Below, in pieces: positions 26,012 through 39,350 of a stretch of DNA of 64,000 bases (the stretch's first letter is position 1; each line of letters begins with the position of its first letter). Below the pieces are notes generated by a model, which was not told where the DNA came from, did not search any database, and was given only the letters and a program-made list of their open reading frames with translations. Source of the DNA: Octopus vulgaris (Eukaryota); the NCBI GenBank assembly GCA_951406725.2, contig OX597821.1, forward strand, positions 38,998,001 to 39,062,000. Direction: 5' to 3'. Both the position numbers and the translations under genes were made by a program.

Positions 26012-28469
26012 TGCATGCATTTATATGTGTGCCTCTATGTGTGTGCATATGCACATATATGTGTATGTATCTACATATAACTGAATATCTGTTTACATGT
26101 GTACTGTTTCTAATTCAGTCCCAAGGCCAGTAATTTTGAGGGCAGTCAATAACATCAACCCCAGTTCTTGACAGGATTGGAACTCAGAGTGTAAAGATCT
26201 GTAAGTAAACATTGCTAGGAATTTTGTCTGATGCACCAGTGATTCTAGCAATTTACCATCTTCCGTATGTGTGTGTAATTTTTATTGAAATTAGTTTGCC
26301 TTGTAACCTGAGTTTCACACCGCGGTGATCTTCAGGTGAGAACTGGAGATTGCAGTAGTGTAGTGTGAAACTGGAACTGCAAGACAGATTTCAAGTTTCA
26401 GTAAAAACATGTCTTCCACAAAAATTGTCTTTTACTATAGCCCAGGGCCATTGAAAATATCTTGAGTGTATTTGATCAATGGAAACTGAAAGAAGGCCAT
26501 CATGAGTGTGTGTGTCTGTTCGTTCTCTTTGCCTTGATATTGTGTAACAGACATAAGCAAGATATGTTGTTGTTTTCCATTCTCCTGTGCAAACATATTC
26601 AGTCATACAGAAATATTATCTTGCTTGGAAACAGGCAAGGTTTAGCAGCAGGAAGAGCATCTAGTAGAAAATTTGATGTTAAGATGATGACAATGATGAT
26701 GATGATGCTGATGGTGGTGGTGGTGGTGACACTGACGACAAAGAAGATTTGGGTTGAGTAAGAGAAAATAATGTCAGAAGCTGTAATACAATATCATAAT
26801 ATTGGTATGCTTAAATCTATTTCTAGTGAAAATAATATAGGATTATCTGTGGAGATATGTGACCAGAACTTAAATATTTATGTGTCTTCAACCAGTATTC
26901 ATGCACATGACTGAACTAGAGGGAGGCACGGGGAAGAAAGGAAGAAGAGAATCAAATCAACAGAAACCTAAAATGCAAGGAATTAAGCCAAGCTAAAGAA
27001 GCGTCTGTTTTCTGTTGATAACAGATTTGGGGGATTTTTTATAATTGGGGTTTAAATGTGTTTTGTTAAGAAGAGAATAATATAAATTTTGCAACATTTT
27101 TTTTTTGTATCTTATGACATGATTTAACACTGCCATCGCCACTACTGTTATATCATCATTTTCATCCTCATCACTACCGCTGCTACCACTGCAACCGTCG
27201 CTGCCATCACCACCTCCACCATCCACTTGCATCTGAATTGGTCATATTAAATCTAACAGAGGGACTTGCCCGAGCAAATGTTCTGTGGTTCACCAGGATG
27301 AATTTACCAATCAGATTAAAGAGAGATAATTCTTAATCCCGACCATTATGAGTTGACAAAACATTTTATTTTGTTATCAATGCTGAGGAACCAAATAAAC
27401 GAGGTGAAAACAAATATGGGATTTCTGTCAACAGACACTGAATAAACATCACTACAGAGTGGATAATGCTGAAGGAAACCAGACGGGGGGTGGGGGGAAT
27501 GCACAAAAATTAATAACAGGTTTCAAACTTGAATTCGTAGAAATATTGTTGTAGAATTGCCATCAACTCTAAAGAAACATTTCATTTGTAATGCTTAGAA
27601 TAAATATGGGAAATAAATAGACAGACAGGTAGATAGCTAGATAGATTGATAGATAGAGTGTGTGTGTGAGAGAGAGAGAGAGGAAGAGAAAGAGAGTGAG
27701 TGAGTAACTCTACCCAAGATACAGCTATTTTCTGAAACTACACAGTGATTCATGAATCAACAATGCAATATTATATAATTTCAAATATTTATGGATTGTT
27801 CACGCAAATACTTTTATTACACATGTTTTTCCTTGATTTGTGGAATAGTTTAGTGAAAATAGTCAATATTTTTCTGAATATTAAACACTTTTTTCCCCCA
27901 AATATTTCAAAAACTTATCATGCATCTTATATGAGCATCATAATTATCAAGGTATTGGATGTAGCTACATATTTTAAGATACAAAAGTTGATTTCCAAAA
28001 GACACTTGAAGGTATGTTTATTGTTCAATTTTGATAAGAAAAAGCATCTAACTGAACCATTTTATTCAAAAGCATTTCAAGAATATAAAACAAAAAGTAA
28101 CAAACGCATATTTTCTTTTGCATTCTCCTTGAAGAACTTGGCTTAATTTTACATTTCTAGACTGGAAACTTCTCTAGGAAGAAGAACTAGATTCTCTTAT
28201 AAAAAAAAGTCAGTATGGTTGCTCACCAATTAATGGATATTTAATGATGGTTTGTTGAGTAATTGATTAGTATTATTTAGCAGGTGTGTGACATCTATTA
28301 ATTGTTATCTTTTACATTCTATATCACAAAAACAAAATGAAAGATTTAAAAACTTTCAAAGATAAATATTATTCAGCCTGAGTATCGTTGGCTCACAGAA
28401 TATTCAAATAAGAGGAGAGGAAAAACAAAAAAACTAAATGATTTTGAAAAATTACAACCAAAAGACTAC

Positions 28470-29125
28470 AATCGCAATTGGAAGCAGCCAAAATGGGGTT
28501 TGTCTGAAGGATGTCTGAAGGATGTTACTGGACAGGTTGCATGACTCAAATATCAGAGAGTCTCTCAAAGTTAAGTCACTATATCTCTACATTGCACAGT
28601 CACAGCTCAGGTTGTTGTTGTCTGTTCCTTCTCAATCCATGCCTGGCTCATAAGGGTCAGTTACCCGGTTTCCTTGGTATATAGGTTCCCCACCTGGATG
28701 GGACGCCAATCCGTCACAGGTGAGCTGCAAGATGCAGGGGGAAAGAGTGAGAGAAAGTTGTGGTGAAAGAGTCAGCAGAAGTTCGCCATTACCTTCTGCC
28801 GGAGCTGCATGGAGCTTAGGTGTTTTGCTCGTAAACACACACATCGCCCGGTCTGAGATTCGAACCCGCGATCCCTTGACCACGAGTCCACTGCTCTAAC
28901 CACTAGGCCATGTGCCTCCACACAGCTCAGGTACCATGCACTTGGGATTAGAATGTCACAGGAAAGAATCAGAAGATGGATTCTTCAAGACAAGCCAACT
29001 GGCAAGAGACCTAGTGGTAGAGCAAGAATGAGACATTTGGATGATATCCATCATGTCAGTTGGTCACACTTGGGGAATCCTTCTGGACAGAGTAATGATG
29101 GTTGCTTTTGATAGGATCCTATGAA
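28470..29125 (+). mobile_element. Old RTE-clade relic interrupted by a SINE
   Basis: NIRESLKVKSLYLYIAQSQLR | YHALGIRMSQERI...KPTGKRPSGRARMR continues across the SINE insertion. Confidence 0.65.
28613..28920 (-). mobile_element. tRNA-derived SINE, family D, full length with 12-bp TSD
   Basis: A box TGGCCTAGTGG, B box GGTTCGAATC, V-domain-like GGATTGGCGTCCCATCCAGG, (CAA)n tail; CACAGCTCAGGT at 28601-28612 and 28921-28932. Confidence 0.88.
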
Positions 29126-31445
29126 ATGTTGAGTGATTGAAGAAGTCTCAAATAATTCAACTAAATTTCTTAAAACAATTAACAAGCATTAAATGATATT
29201 TAAAAGTTGAACAGCAAGTCAAAATTTTTGTAAATTTTAAACAAAATTAACTTTTTTCCAGTGAAAGGGGAGAAGTGGAACCAACCATAACATATACAAA
29301 TCCAAAATATTGAACATTTGTGAGCAAAACATCTGAACTCTGAACTAGACTTTGAGGAACTATTGTTAGATAAACTTAAATCAAATATGTTATATAATAT
29401 CTTTAACAAAGTCAATTATAATACTTAAACGGTTTCTATGAAATCATTAATGTTACTTGTAAAAACGCAAATTTACTCCTTGATGGTAAACTAAACAGCG
29501 ATGATTAAAATGTATATGTAGGCAGTCATATATGAATCATTCATACACACTCTAGCATGGAAAGACCTTCACTGCAGATACTGTCTCAAGGGAGAAATTC
29601 TCCTTATAGTCAGTAAGTGTGTGAAAACATAGCATTGAACGCTAAATGACATCATTGCACTGCAGGCTGTGTATTTCTGCCTTGTGATGCTTCAATGGCT
29701 ATTTCATCACGCATAACCTAATATGAACTGTTGTTCTTATATTTAAACAACAAATAAGAAATTTAATATGTACAAGGTTTTGTGAAGCTGAAATTAATCT
29801 AATTATTCACACTAAGCAATAAGGATTATAATATGGGAGTGTGCAATTACCAGTAATATGCTAATGTACACTCAGATGTAGATATTTTTATGTATATTTA
29901 TTTATATGGTCATGTTTTTTAGTGCCTGCAACATTTCCTGCAATTGTTTTACTTTTATGTTATATGCCTACTGACAAGAAAATAACTGAGCTGGAAAAAC
30001 CCACAATACATCTACATAGTACCAGAAAAAAACAACAACAACAAACATATTCCATAGCCTGGACAGGTTTTGCAATAAGGAGCTCATAGAAAATGTGATT
30101 TAGCACCAATAAAAATAAAAAATAAAATGTAGGGTAGTTTCTTTTTTTTATCATTTTATTACTGTTTTACTTCTCAGAACATTTAGTCTGTTTGTTCTGG
30201 TAGAGTCTGTGAGAGGGGATAGAAGCCTGCCCTCAGAGGTGTCACTGGGTCTCTTTCTGCACATTATAAGCTTTGATACTTAGTTGTTAATTATCGTGGG
30301 AGATATTCAACATCCAAGTCTAGCTTGACCACTTAATCTCTGTTCTGTGAGATGAAACAATCCCTTTTCTCATACATACCTTGTCAGGTATTGTTTTAGT
30401 CTTGGGGTTCTACAGTTGGCCAATTTCTATTTCAAGATCTTTATACTTGTCGGTAACCCCTAATTTGAGTACCATTTTCAGCTACTGGGTTGCTCAGGTA
30501 GTAACACTCCATGACCACAGAATTAATTTGCTTGTTCCATCTACACTGTGTAGATATTGACAGGATGGAGCCAGACCAGAATCTCTGAGCCTGTCGGGTG
30601 CAACACTGTCACCATCAATGGCTTCAATTTCATTACCACCGTTATTCACAATATTTTGTTTTTTCATTGTCACTCATATGAGGTAGCCATTATCAGGTTG
30701 CGCAATTACCAATGTTTTTATTGTGACACCATCATTAGATGTATCATTAATCAGGACATTGAGAGATTCCACCCGCTTCCTTTCATTGTTATTATTATTA
30801 TCATTATTATTATTATTATCATCATCACTGATATCACTATTGTTTTTATTTTTTTACTATTTGTCATTGTTATATTAACAAACTCGGAGGTTACACAGAC
30901 CTATGCAGAGCAGGGGATGGCACCAATTTCCAGCACTGCTCACATGGACATCCACATAGAAAATTATACTATTTGATCTGGCCTTCCTCAACGATGTTAG
31001 TTGTAATTTAAAAGAGATGTGACTACTCTTTCTGTCATGTAGAACGACTTTCCGGAGAGTCCATTGCTCACTTGTAATATTCTTCGGTGAACAGGTTTAG
31101 CATATGAAGACAGTGATCATTGCCTTCATCCTTATTCCTGCAGCCACGATAACTGTTTTTTTTTCCCTTGTTGTATTTTGTCGCTAGAGGGTGGTAGATT
31201 TTAGTTACTTCCTGTGTTGTTGATGTTCTTGTATTAGTTGTTGCTGTCTTTGCACTCTTTGCTGGGCAGTCTTCTTCAGTCTTCTATTGCTGTCAATTAC
31301 TGCCTTTATTATTGTATCTATGTGTAGTAGCAGCAGCAGTTGTGGCAGCAACAGCAACTGTTGTAGGGGTGGGGGTAGTGGTAGTTGGGCCTCAGATTCC
31401 TGTACGATCAGAATAGTAGTAGTTGTATTATTAGCAGCTGCAGCA

Positions 31446-31480
<35 letters not shown>

Positions 31481-31483
<3 letters not shown>

Positions 31484-32639
31484 GTTTGACTTTTGCTTTG
31501 TATTTGCTCCAAGTCTTATCCAGAGGCCCCAAGAGCCAGCAAGTTAGAAGTTCAGGCTGGTGTTATACCTAGGGTGTCATATATTTAGTTTTGCACATAG
31601 AATTGTTCTAGCTCCCTTTGCTATCATTCCTAGCGCACCTATGACAACAGGTATTGTTTTAGTCTTGGGGTTCCACAGTTGGCCAATTTCTATTTCAAGA
31701 TCTTTATACTTGCTTAGTTTTTGGTAGGTCTTGACAGATACATTTATATCGATTGGGACAGTCATATCAATGAGGAGGCATGACTTTTGTCTTGAAGCCT
31801 TTCAATATAATGTCTGGCCTATTTGCATCTATCTTTCTGTCAGTTTGAATGGTGAAGTTCCAGAGGAGTGAGATGTGATCATATTTCAAGCACTAGAGGT
31901 GGTTTGTGTTCCCACCAGTTTTTATCATGGGTCATGTCCAGGTTTTTGCAAATTACCCAGTGAATATATTGTGCTGTTCTATTATGCCAGTTGAGATACT
32001 CTGTAGGTGCAAGAAGACTGCACATGGGGATAACATGATCAATGGTTTCATTTTGTTGTTTACATACACGACACATTGGGCAGCTGATGTTCTTTAATAT
32101 GTTGGCCTAGTAGTTTCTTGCAGGTAGGCATTGATCTTGGGCTGCTATGATAAACCTTTCTGTTTCTGATTTTCAGCCAGAAGACACTAACTATTAATGG
32201 GCAAGAGCTTTGTCAACATCAGCACTATTAGCTCTCTTTGGGTATTTGCTATTGAGAGGTTTTTCGTTTTTCTTGTCATTTATCAGTAGGAATATCTAAG
32301 GCAGCCGTTTTAGCACAGGTTTTCATGCATTTAGATTTTTCTGTGCTTTTTTTCTAGTACGTCTAATTCTGGAATTTGCTGTATTTGGAATTCACATATA
32401 TATTCCTTTGCCTGTTTTGTTACTGAGAATGATGCTTTCTTGTTTTCATGCTTTAAGACAAGTTTAAACATGCAGTCATCAGCGTTTTTCAGGTATACAT
32501 CTAGGCCAATTGTGGCAATCTTCATTGTTAATTCCAGTTGTAAAAGTCCATGGCCACCCTCTTTTCTTGGCAGATAAAGTTGTTCTATATCTGCCTTAGG
32601 GTAGTGCATTGTCAACAATTTTCATATTTTTCTGTCAAG

Positions 32640-32640
<1 letters not shown>
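31481..32640 (-). mobile_element. R4/Dong-clade RLE LINE, 3' fragment
   Basis: HYPKADIEQLYLPRKEGGHGL, CRVC...HVIPMC, HNRTAQYIHW, RPDI, KYKDLEIEI...PVVIGALG; bounded by (ATT)n on both sides. Confidence 0.85.
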
Positions 32641-32698
<58 letters not shown>

Positions 32699-32699
32699 C

Positions 32700-33160
32700 A
32701 TTAAAGACGCTGTACAGTATCTGATATTGCAATGTTGTAGATTGAAGATAATGTTTGTACTGAGGGTTTATATTTACAACAAAGATCTCAGACAGACAAC
32801 ATTTTATGCAGTTCCAAGTAATGCCAACTTTTGCAATACACCAAGATAGCAGGGTATTTCTAAAGTCTCCACATGTTTCTTTAGACTGGATAGCATTGAA
32901 TCCAATGCTCTCATGACAACAAGAACATCCTTTGCAGCTACCACATCTTGATAGTCTCAATTTTCAGGTTTCCAAATTTGTTGAACTCCCCCCTTTCTTT
33001 CATTACATTATATTGATCTCCTAGCATTATTACATCAAGTCTTAGGCACTCTTGCTTGTTCCTCTTAAGGGCTACTATATTCATCCTTCAGTGATCTAAC
33101 ACCTTGTCTGTTGGGAAGTCAAAGTTCCAGAGGATCTTTGTCCTCCCAATATTATACTTA
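32700..33160 (-). mobile_element. R4/Dong-clade LINE, second 3' fragment
   Basis: KILWNFDFPTDKVLDH..DIV endonuclease relic and 3' UTR homologous to 38930-39350; between (ATT)n tracts. Confidence 0.7.
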
Positions 33161-33165
33161 CTAGA

Positions 33166-33200
<35 letters not shown>

Positions 33201-33202
<2 letters not shown>

Positions 33203-33751
33203 GAGTGAGAAAGCAGTACATGCCATCAAAGTGATGCTGGGGTACAAATATACAAAGTGCAGTAGACCCATCATGACTATCTGTCTGATAAGGATGCACC
33301 ATGCTAATGCATCAACCATATGTGCATGACATGGTGATCTCATATCAGATAAACAGCACATGTCCTTGCAGATGGGACCTAGTTAAAATTTTCTTCAGCT
33401 TGTGTAGTCCATCCCACTCAAACGGTCCCTGAATAAGGGTTGTTTAAGGATGTTGAATGAAACACCCATGTTTCCAGAGGTGAATTATTCAAACCCCAAA
33501 GAATCCCCTTCAACACATGGCTATGATGCACCCCCACTACTTCTGCTTGTGATTTGAGTTGCACATATTTTCAGCCACCAAGGGACATGCTCAACTGGTT
33601 AAGGTCAAACGGCTAACAAGTAAATTTGTGGTACTGAGCAGAATATTTGTTGTAGCCCTTCTTTTATACCAAGACAAAACAGGTACATGATACTTTCAAT
33701 CAGTTAAGATCATAAGCCATGAGATTCAGTGCCTGGTACTGCATCAGGGCA
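33201..33751. mobile_element. Unclassified about 550-bp non-coding element inserted in (ATT)n
   Basis: Sharp (ATT)n borders on both sides; partial second copy at 37484-37622 also next to (ATT)n; no ORF, TIR or tRNA head seen. Confidence 0.65.
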
Positions 33752-33774
33752 TTTATTATTATTATTATTAGTAT

Positions 33775-33992
33775 TAAAGCAGTGAGCCGGTAGAATCATT
33801 AGCATGCTGGCAAAAATGCTTAACAGCACTTCATCTGTCTTTACATTCTGAGTTCAAATTCTGCTGAGGTTGGGTTTGCTTTTCATCTTTTCTTCATCAA
33901 TGAATTAAGTACCACTGAAACACTGGGTTTGATCTAACTGACTAGTCCCCTCCCCAAAAATTACAGAATTTGTGCCTATAATAGGAAGGTTT
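33775..33992 (+). mobile_element. tRNA-derived SINE, family A
   Basis: Head ...GAGTTCAAATTC, central block, (ATT)n flanks. Confidence 0.8.
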
Positions 33993-34274
33993 ATTATTAT
34001 TATTGCTGACTGACAATATATCTGATACTTTATTTTGGTTGAACTTTCACTCAGTGGAATACTAGTGTCTGTTTCTTTTTATCTGTATTTTGTATTTGTA
34101 TTTGTTGTATTATTTTTTTTTGACATTGAAATTTTATCAAGGTTACTGCATATATTGAAATTCAAGAATAACAGTTCATTGACTTCAGCCAAATTATTGT
34201 ACTCTGTAACTAGTGTTGAGTACTCTTTTTCTTATTTGTCATAGCCATCATCTATGCATCTGTAAGTATACACA

Positions 34275-34305
<31 letters not shown>

Positions 34306-34663
34306 TATATGTATATGCACAAATACATACATTTATATATATATATATATATATGTACACCCATACATATTCTTGATAGTTAAAGTAATCGAACATCTTG
34401 TCCGTATGTCATTTTACTCAATTAAATTGCTTTGAGCACTTTTGTTCAAGTGAGCGAATTTCTGATTTTCAGATATTGTCAAAATTGGTCAAGCACTTTA
34501 GCTAAATGCTAAAAGTTTTACTCTGTTTCTCTCAGAAAGTGAAAAAAAACCTTCCCCTGTTTCACAGTAGGTATGGTTCCCAGAACCACTTAATCATTTA
34601 GAAATCAATGGTTACTTCTTAGTAATCGCCATCTTTCAACATCTCTTCCTCTTCTTCCATCTT

Positions 34664-34697
<34 letters not shown>

Positions 34698-34859
34698 CCC
34701 CTCTCTTTTTGTATCTTCTTTCCTTCAAATCTCTCTTAAATTGTTTGAAGAGGGGAGTAGCATCAAAGAGAACTAAGGTTAAACATAAAGGAACTGGATA
34801 AAATAGATTTTGTGTAATTTAAAGTGGATTACAGGCTTTTGTACAGACGAAATCGGTGT

Positions 34860-35920
34860 CAAGTTCTTCTCCTTTTCCTTTCCTGCACTAAAATTTCACC
34901 GTTTCCTTTTTTCTTTTATTTCCTAAGTTCTTCTTCAACATCTTTTTCTTCATTTATACCTATTTTCATTCTCATTCATTTTTAATCATTCTTCAATATT
35001 CTTCAATCACTTCTTTTTCATTCTTCATTTTAGGCTCCTGCTCTCATTCACTTTGTAATTTTTTCTATTTGCTATATTTTTCCTTTTAAAATTTTTTCTT
35101 TATTTTTCATATATTTCTTCATTTTTTTAAATTTTGTTTTTCCATTCTCGCTCTTCTCTTCCAAATCGTATCTTTTCCTTTTCTTCGCTTTCATTTTAAG
35201 ATTTCTTCTCCCCTACTTTCTCTCTCCACCTTCATCCTTCAGTTTATTTTGTTAAATTTTACTAACCATTCCTTCAATTATTTTTCAAAAACGATTTTTC
35301 ATCTTTTTCTTTCCCCTTACTCTCGCACAATCTTCATCATTATTCAGCCTCAATTTTTCACTCATCTTCCTTTTCTTCATACATCTCTATTCCACTTCGT
35401 TTTTACTACTCTTCAATTTGTTTTATATTTCATTTCTGCTTTATTTTCTTTTTATTTCTTTATCTTTTTCATTTTATGTTTTCTTTTTCTTCTTTACTCT
35501 TTTCCCTTCTACTTTATCTTCTATATTTCTTTCTCTCTCTTTCTTTATTTTACTTTCTTTCCTAATTCTTTTTTTTCTCTTCTCCTTCTCCAGTATCCAT
35601 CTTCAGTCTTCCAATTTCTTTATACTAGTTTTTTTCTTCTCTATTTCTCCCTTTTCACTTCTACTCTTTCTTTCTCTCCACAATTTTGTATTCTCTTCTA
35701 TAATCTTCTTTCTTTTACCTCATCACTTTTTATTTGCTACTCCAATTCAATCTCTTTGACACCTATTCCCCTTATTTACACTAAGATTATTCTTCATTTT
35801 ATTTTCTTAGTATCAATTGACCCTCGCTCATTTCAGTCTTCCTTTCATTTTCCTTCTTTCTCTATTTCAATTTGACACCTCTGTCTATTTTTCCACCACC
35901 TTTAACTTCCTTAATTTTTT
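34860..35920. repeat. About 1-kb pyrimidine-rich (T/C) low-complexity tract
   Basis: Extreme G depletion on plus without a fixed repeat unit. Confidence 0.8.
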
Positions 35921-37266
35921 TTTGTCTTTCCTGTGTATTCCATTCTGTTCTCGGTGTCCATTGTTCAGCAAGTCTAGAGAAGAAATAAATGTCAGACTGC
36001 AAGTGATAGTAGAACTGTTGCATTATTAAATTCTCTACAAACATCTCAACAGTTCCATAAAATCCACGCACACAAATATACACATTTACACCACTTTACT
36101 CTCTATTTCACAACTCTCTCTCTCTCTCCCTCTCTCTTTCTCAAAATGTAGAAACAGATACATGTGTACATGTCTTTGTACACACATCTATGCATTTATA
36201 CATCTAAAAAGCTTATATACATTCGTGTTAATGTGTTTGTGTGTGTCTGTGTATTTAGATGGGATTAAATCATGTTAAACAGCCATGTTTTCATTTATAT
36301 TACATGTAATATTTTTATAAATAACACCCTTAAGGCATTAACATATCAACATGGTTGCAACTGTGTGTTGTAAAGTGTGTAGTTTTCTGCTCTAATATCC
36401 AGCGAAATATTGATTTCTTTTCACTCAATCCAGGACCAATTTTTGTAAGAGTGGAATTTACTCAACAGAGCTGTCCCTTATATTACTGAACCGCACTGCA
36501 CTTGGTAAAATAAAGGTTCCAAAAGCCAGTTGTGTTCTATTTTAGATGTCTTCTCTGAGAGAGCTCCATGAGCTAACTAGGAAGAACCTCTACTTAGTTG
36601 TGTAACGTCTTAAGAAATGGAGGCCAAATTCCTTTCAGAACACATTGTGTAATATAGTCCCTGTTAAACAAATAAAATGGGTTGGTTGTAAGAAGAACAG
36701 TTTTGGTCATAGATCTGTTCAATCAAAGCCAAGACGACACTAAACAACATCATCACAAAAAAAATTATAATAGAACTGTATTTCTTACATTAGCATAAAA
36801 CCAGAAAAATGTAGACGATGGATACTGTCTATTGAATCAACATATGTTGGTATTTTATTTTAAGCCTCTCAGACCTGGGCCCCTGCCTTTTACTTCACCC
36901 TCCACTTGGGCTCTTGAGCAAAAAAATAAATAGTTGCTTACACAGCTCAAGTGTAATGATTGTAGAAAAACCAATGGATAGAATCACAAAAATTCTAGAG
37001 AATAACAATATTAGGCCTTTCTCTTCACTATTGTATTTGTTCATTGCAGGCAATCTAATGGACAGAATCACAAAAAAAAAAAAAAAAAAAAATTCTGAAG
37101 AATAACAATAATAGGCCTATTTCTTAACAACCTTTTTGTTTTTTGTTCACCTGAATTGATACTTTCCTCCTCACTTCCACCAGTTAGTAGCTCTTAACAA
37201 TTATGCTATATACTACTACTGCTGCTGCTGCTGCTATTACCACCTGTTGTTGTTGTTATTATTATT

Positions 37267-37818
37267 AAGGTAGTGTGCTGGATTAAATGATTACTGGTAT
37301 TTTGCCAGTTGCTATGTTCTTAGGTCAAATTCTGTTGAGGTCGACTTTGCCTTTCATCCTTTCAGGGTCGATAAATTAAGTACTAGTTGAACTCTGGGAT
37401 GATATAATCGACACCTTCCCTCCCCCAAAATGGCTGCCCTTGTGGCAACATTTAAAACCATTATTATTATTATTATGATTACAGAGTGAGAGAGCAGTAC
37501 ATGCCATCAAAGTGATGCTGGAGTACAAATATACACGGTTCAATATACCCATCATGACTATCTGTTTGATAAGGGTACACCAGGTACATGCATCACAACC
37601 ACATATGCACAGCATGGTGATCCTTTAGTAGAAAGGATTATTATGCTTAGCGGTATTTCATTTGCCACTATGTTCTGAGTTCAAATTCTGCTGAGGTTGA
37701 CTATGCCTTTCATCCTCTCGGGGTCAATTAAATAAGTACCAGTTATGCACTGGGGTCGATGTAATCGATTTAATCCCTTCCCCCAATATTTGAGACCTTA
37801 TGCTTCCAGTAGAAAGAA
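37267..37818 (+). mobile_element. Two family A SINEs flanking a partial copy of the 550-bp element
   Basis: SINE about 37267-37460, partial element 37484-37622, SINE about 37643-37818, separated by (ATT)n. Confidence 0.75.
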
Positions 37819-37842
37819 TTATTATTATTATTGCCTTATTAT

Positions 37843-38876
37843 TGCTGGAGATGTACTACAATGTCAGCTGTTCACTACCAGTGAACTAAGGTAACATCTC
37901 TTATTTTTCAAGCACCTTTCGGAGTATTCGAGTGGTACCAAGCAGTGCTTTTTACTTCTGCAAGTGCTCCTCCCTTATTGCAGCCCCTATTTGTTCCACA
38001 TACTTCTTGAGACTTTTTGCTCACTGTTCTCAGGGCTCCGACAATTATTGGTACTACTGCTACCTTTTTCATCGACCACAACTGCTTAACTTCCCAAGCT
38101 AACTTGTTATATCTCTCGGCTTTTCTTTCTTCCTTATTGCATACCTTGTCAGCTGGGCATGCTATATCTATGATCCAGCATAGTTTGTTTTCTTTCTCAA
38201 TTAAGACTATGTCTGGCTTCCTATTCTCATGGTTGAACTGAATCATAAAATCCCATAGGATCTTTGCATTTCTATTTTTTACGATGCCTTCAGGTTTGTG
38301 ATCATAACAATTTTTTGCTCTGTCACGTCCATACTTGTTGCAAAGTGTCCAATGGACAAGCCTGGCTATATTGTCGTGGCATCTCTTATATTCCTTCTGG
38401 GCTAATGGTGTGCATTGGCTGGTAATATGCCATACGGTTTCACCATTTTGTCCACAGATTCTGCACTTATTACTTTCTGAGGTGTTGTCTATTCTGTATT
38501 TTATGTAGTTTGTTCTCAGTGCTTGCTCTTGGGCAGCTCAGTTCAGAGCCTCTGCTTCTGGTTTTTAATCAATTTTAGTCATCCACTGCCATCTTTTTTT
38601 TCTGTCTGTCTTATTTTCAACGTCCCTATAAAATTGACCATGCATTATTTTCTTTACCCACCTATTTTCAGTTTCATTCATTTTCAATTTTTTGTATAGT
38701 GCTTTATCTTTGCAATCTTTCATCCTACACAAGTCTAATCTTCTACTAATAATAGCGGTTCTGTGGCATTTTTTACATACCATGCTATGTTGTTTTTCTT
38801 CTGCTCTAATGCTGTGTTCGCATCCAATAAGTCCTCTTCTCCCTCTTTTTCTTGGTACATACAGTCTGTCAGAACA
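37843..38876 (-). mobile_element. R4/Dong-clade RLE LINE, 3' fragment
   Basis: MHGQFYR, AAQEQALRTN, CRIC...HITSQC, RRCHDNIARLVHW, KPDIVL...IDIACP, VPIIVGAL. Confidence 0.85.
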
Positions 38877-38929
38877 TTATTATTAGTGCTATTATTATTA
38901 TTATTATTGTTATCATTATTATTATTATT

Positions 38930-39350
38930 AGCATGGACATTGCACAGTATACAGTATTACGAAGTTGTTGATTGAAGATATTGTGTCTACCAGGGTTTGT
39001 ACTGTCTGTCCTGTCACAACAAGGACCTCAGACAGACTACTTATGCAATATGCATCCAGTTTCAAGTAATGCCGACTTTTGCAATACACCTAGATTGTAG
39101 GGTATGTCTAAGGTTTTCAGATGTTTTTTTCAGATTGGGTGGTATTGAACCCAATGCTCCGATGACAATAGGGATAACCTTTATGTTCAACTCTTGTAGC
39201 TGCCACATCTTTGCGATCTCAATTCTCAGGTCTCCATATTTATCAACCTTTTCTCTTTCTTTCATGATGATATGTTGATCTCCTGGTATTGCTATGTCGA
39301 TTATTAGGCACTCTTGTTTGCCTCTCCTGAAGGTTACTATATCCAGCCAT
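38930..39350 (-). mobile_element. R4/Dong-clade LINE, endonuclease + 3' UTR fragment
   Basis: DIV...CLIIDIAIPGD...EKVDKYGDLRIEI...VIPIVIGALG; next to (ATT)n. Confidence 0.85.

Noticed and set aside
26300-26342. Hammerhead-like CTGAAGA-TCACCGCGGTGT-GAAAC on minus
   Set aside because: Stem III is not self-complementary and no stem I pairing was found.
27380-27432. CTGAGGA-ACC...GGT-GAAA motif
   Set aside because: No stem I or credible stem III; probably chance.
30360-31300. Additional LINE relics
   Set aside because: 30360-30450 matches the Dong endonuclease end, but the rest could not be assigned with confidence.
35249-35875. 208-aa hydrophobic ORF resembling a membrane protein
   Set aside because: A T/C-rich strand lacks stop codons by composition; F/L/S/I bias only, no ATG start, no motif.
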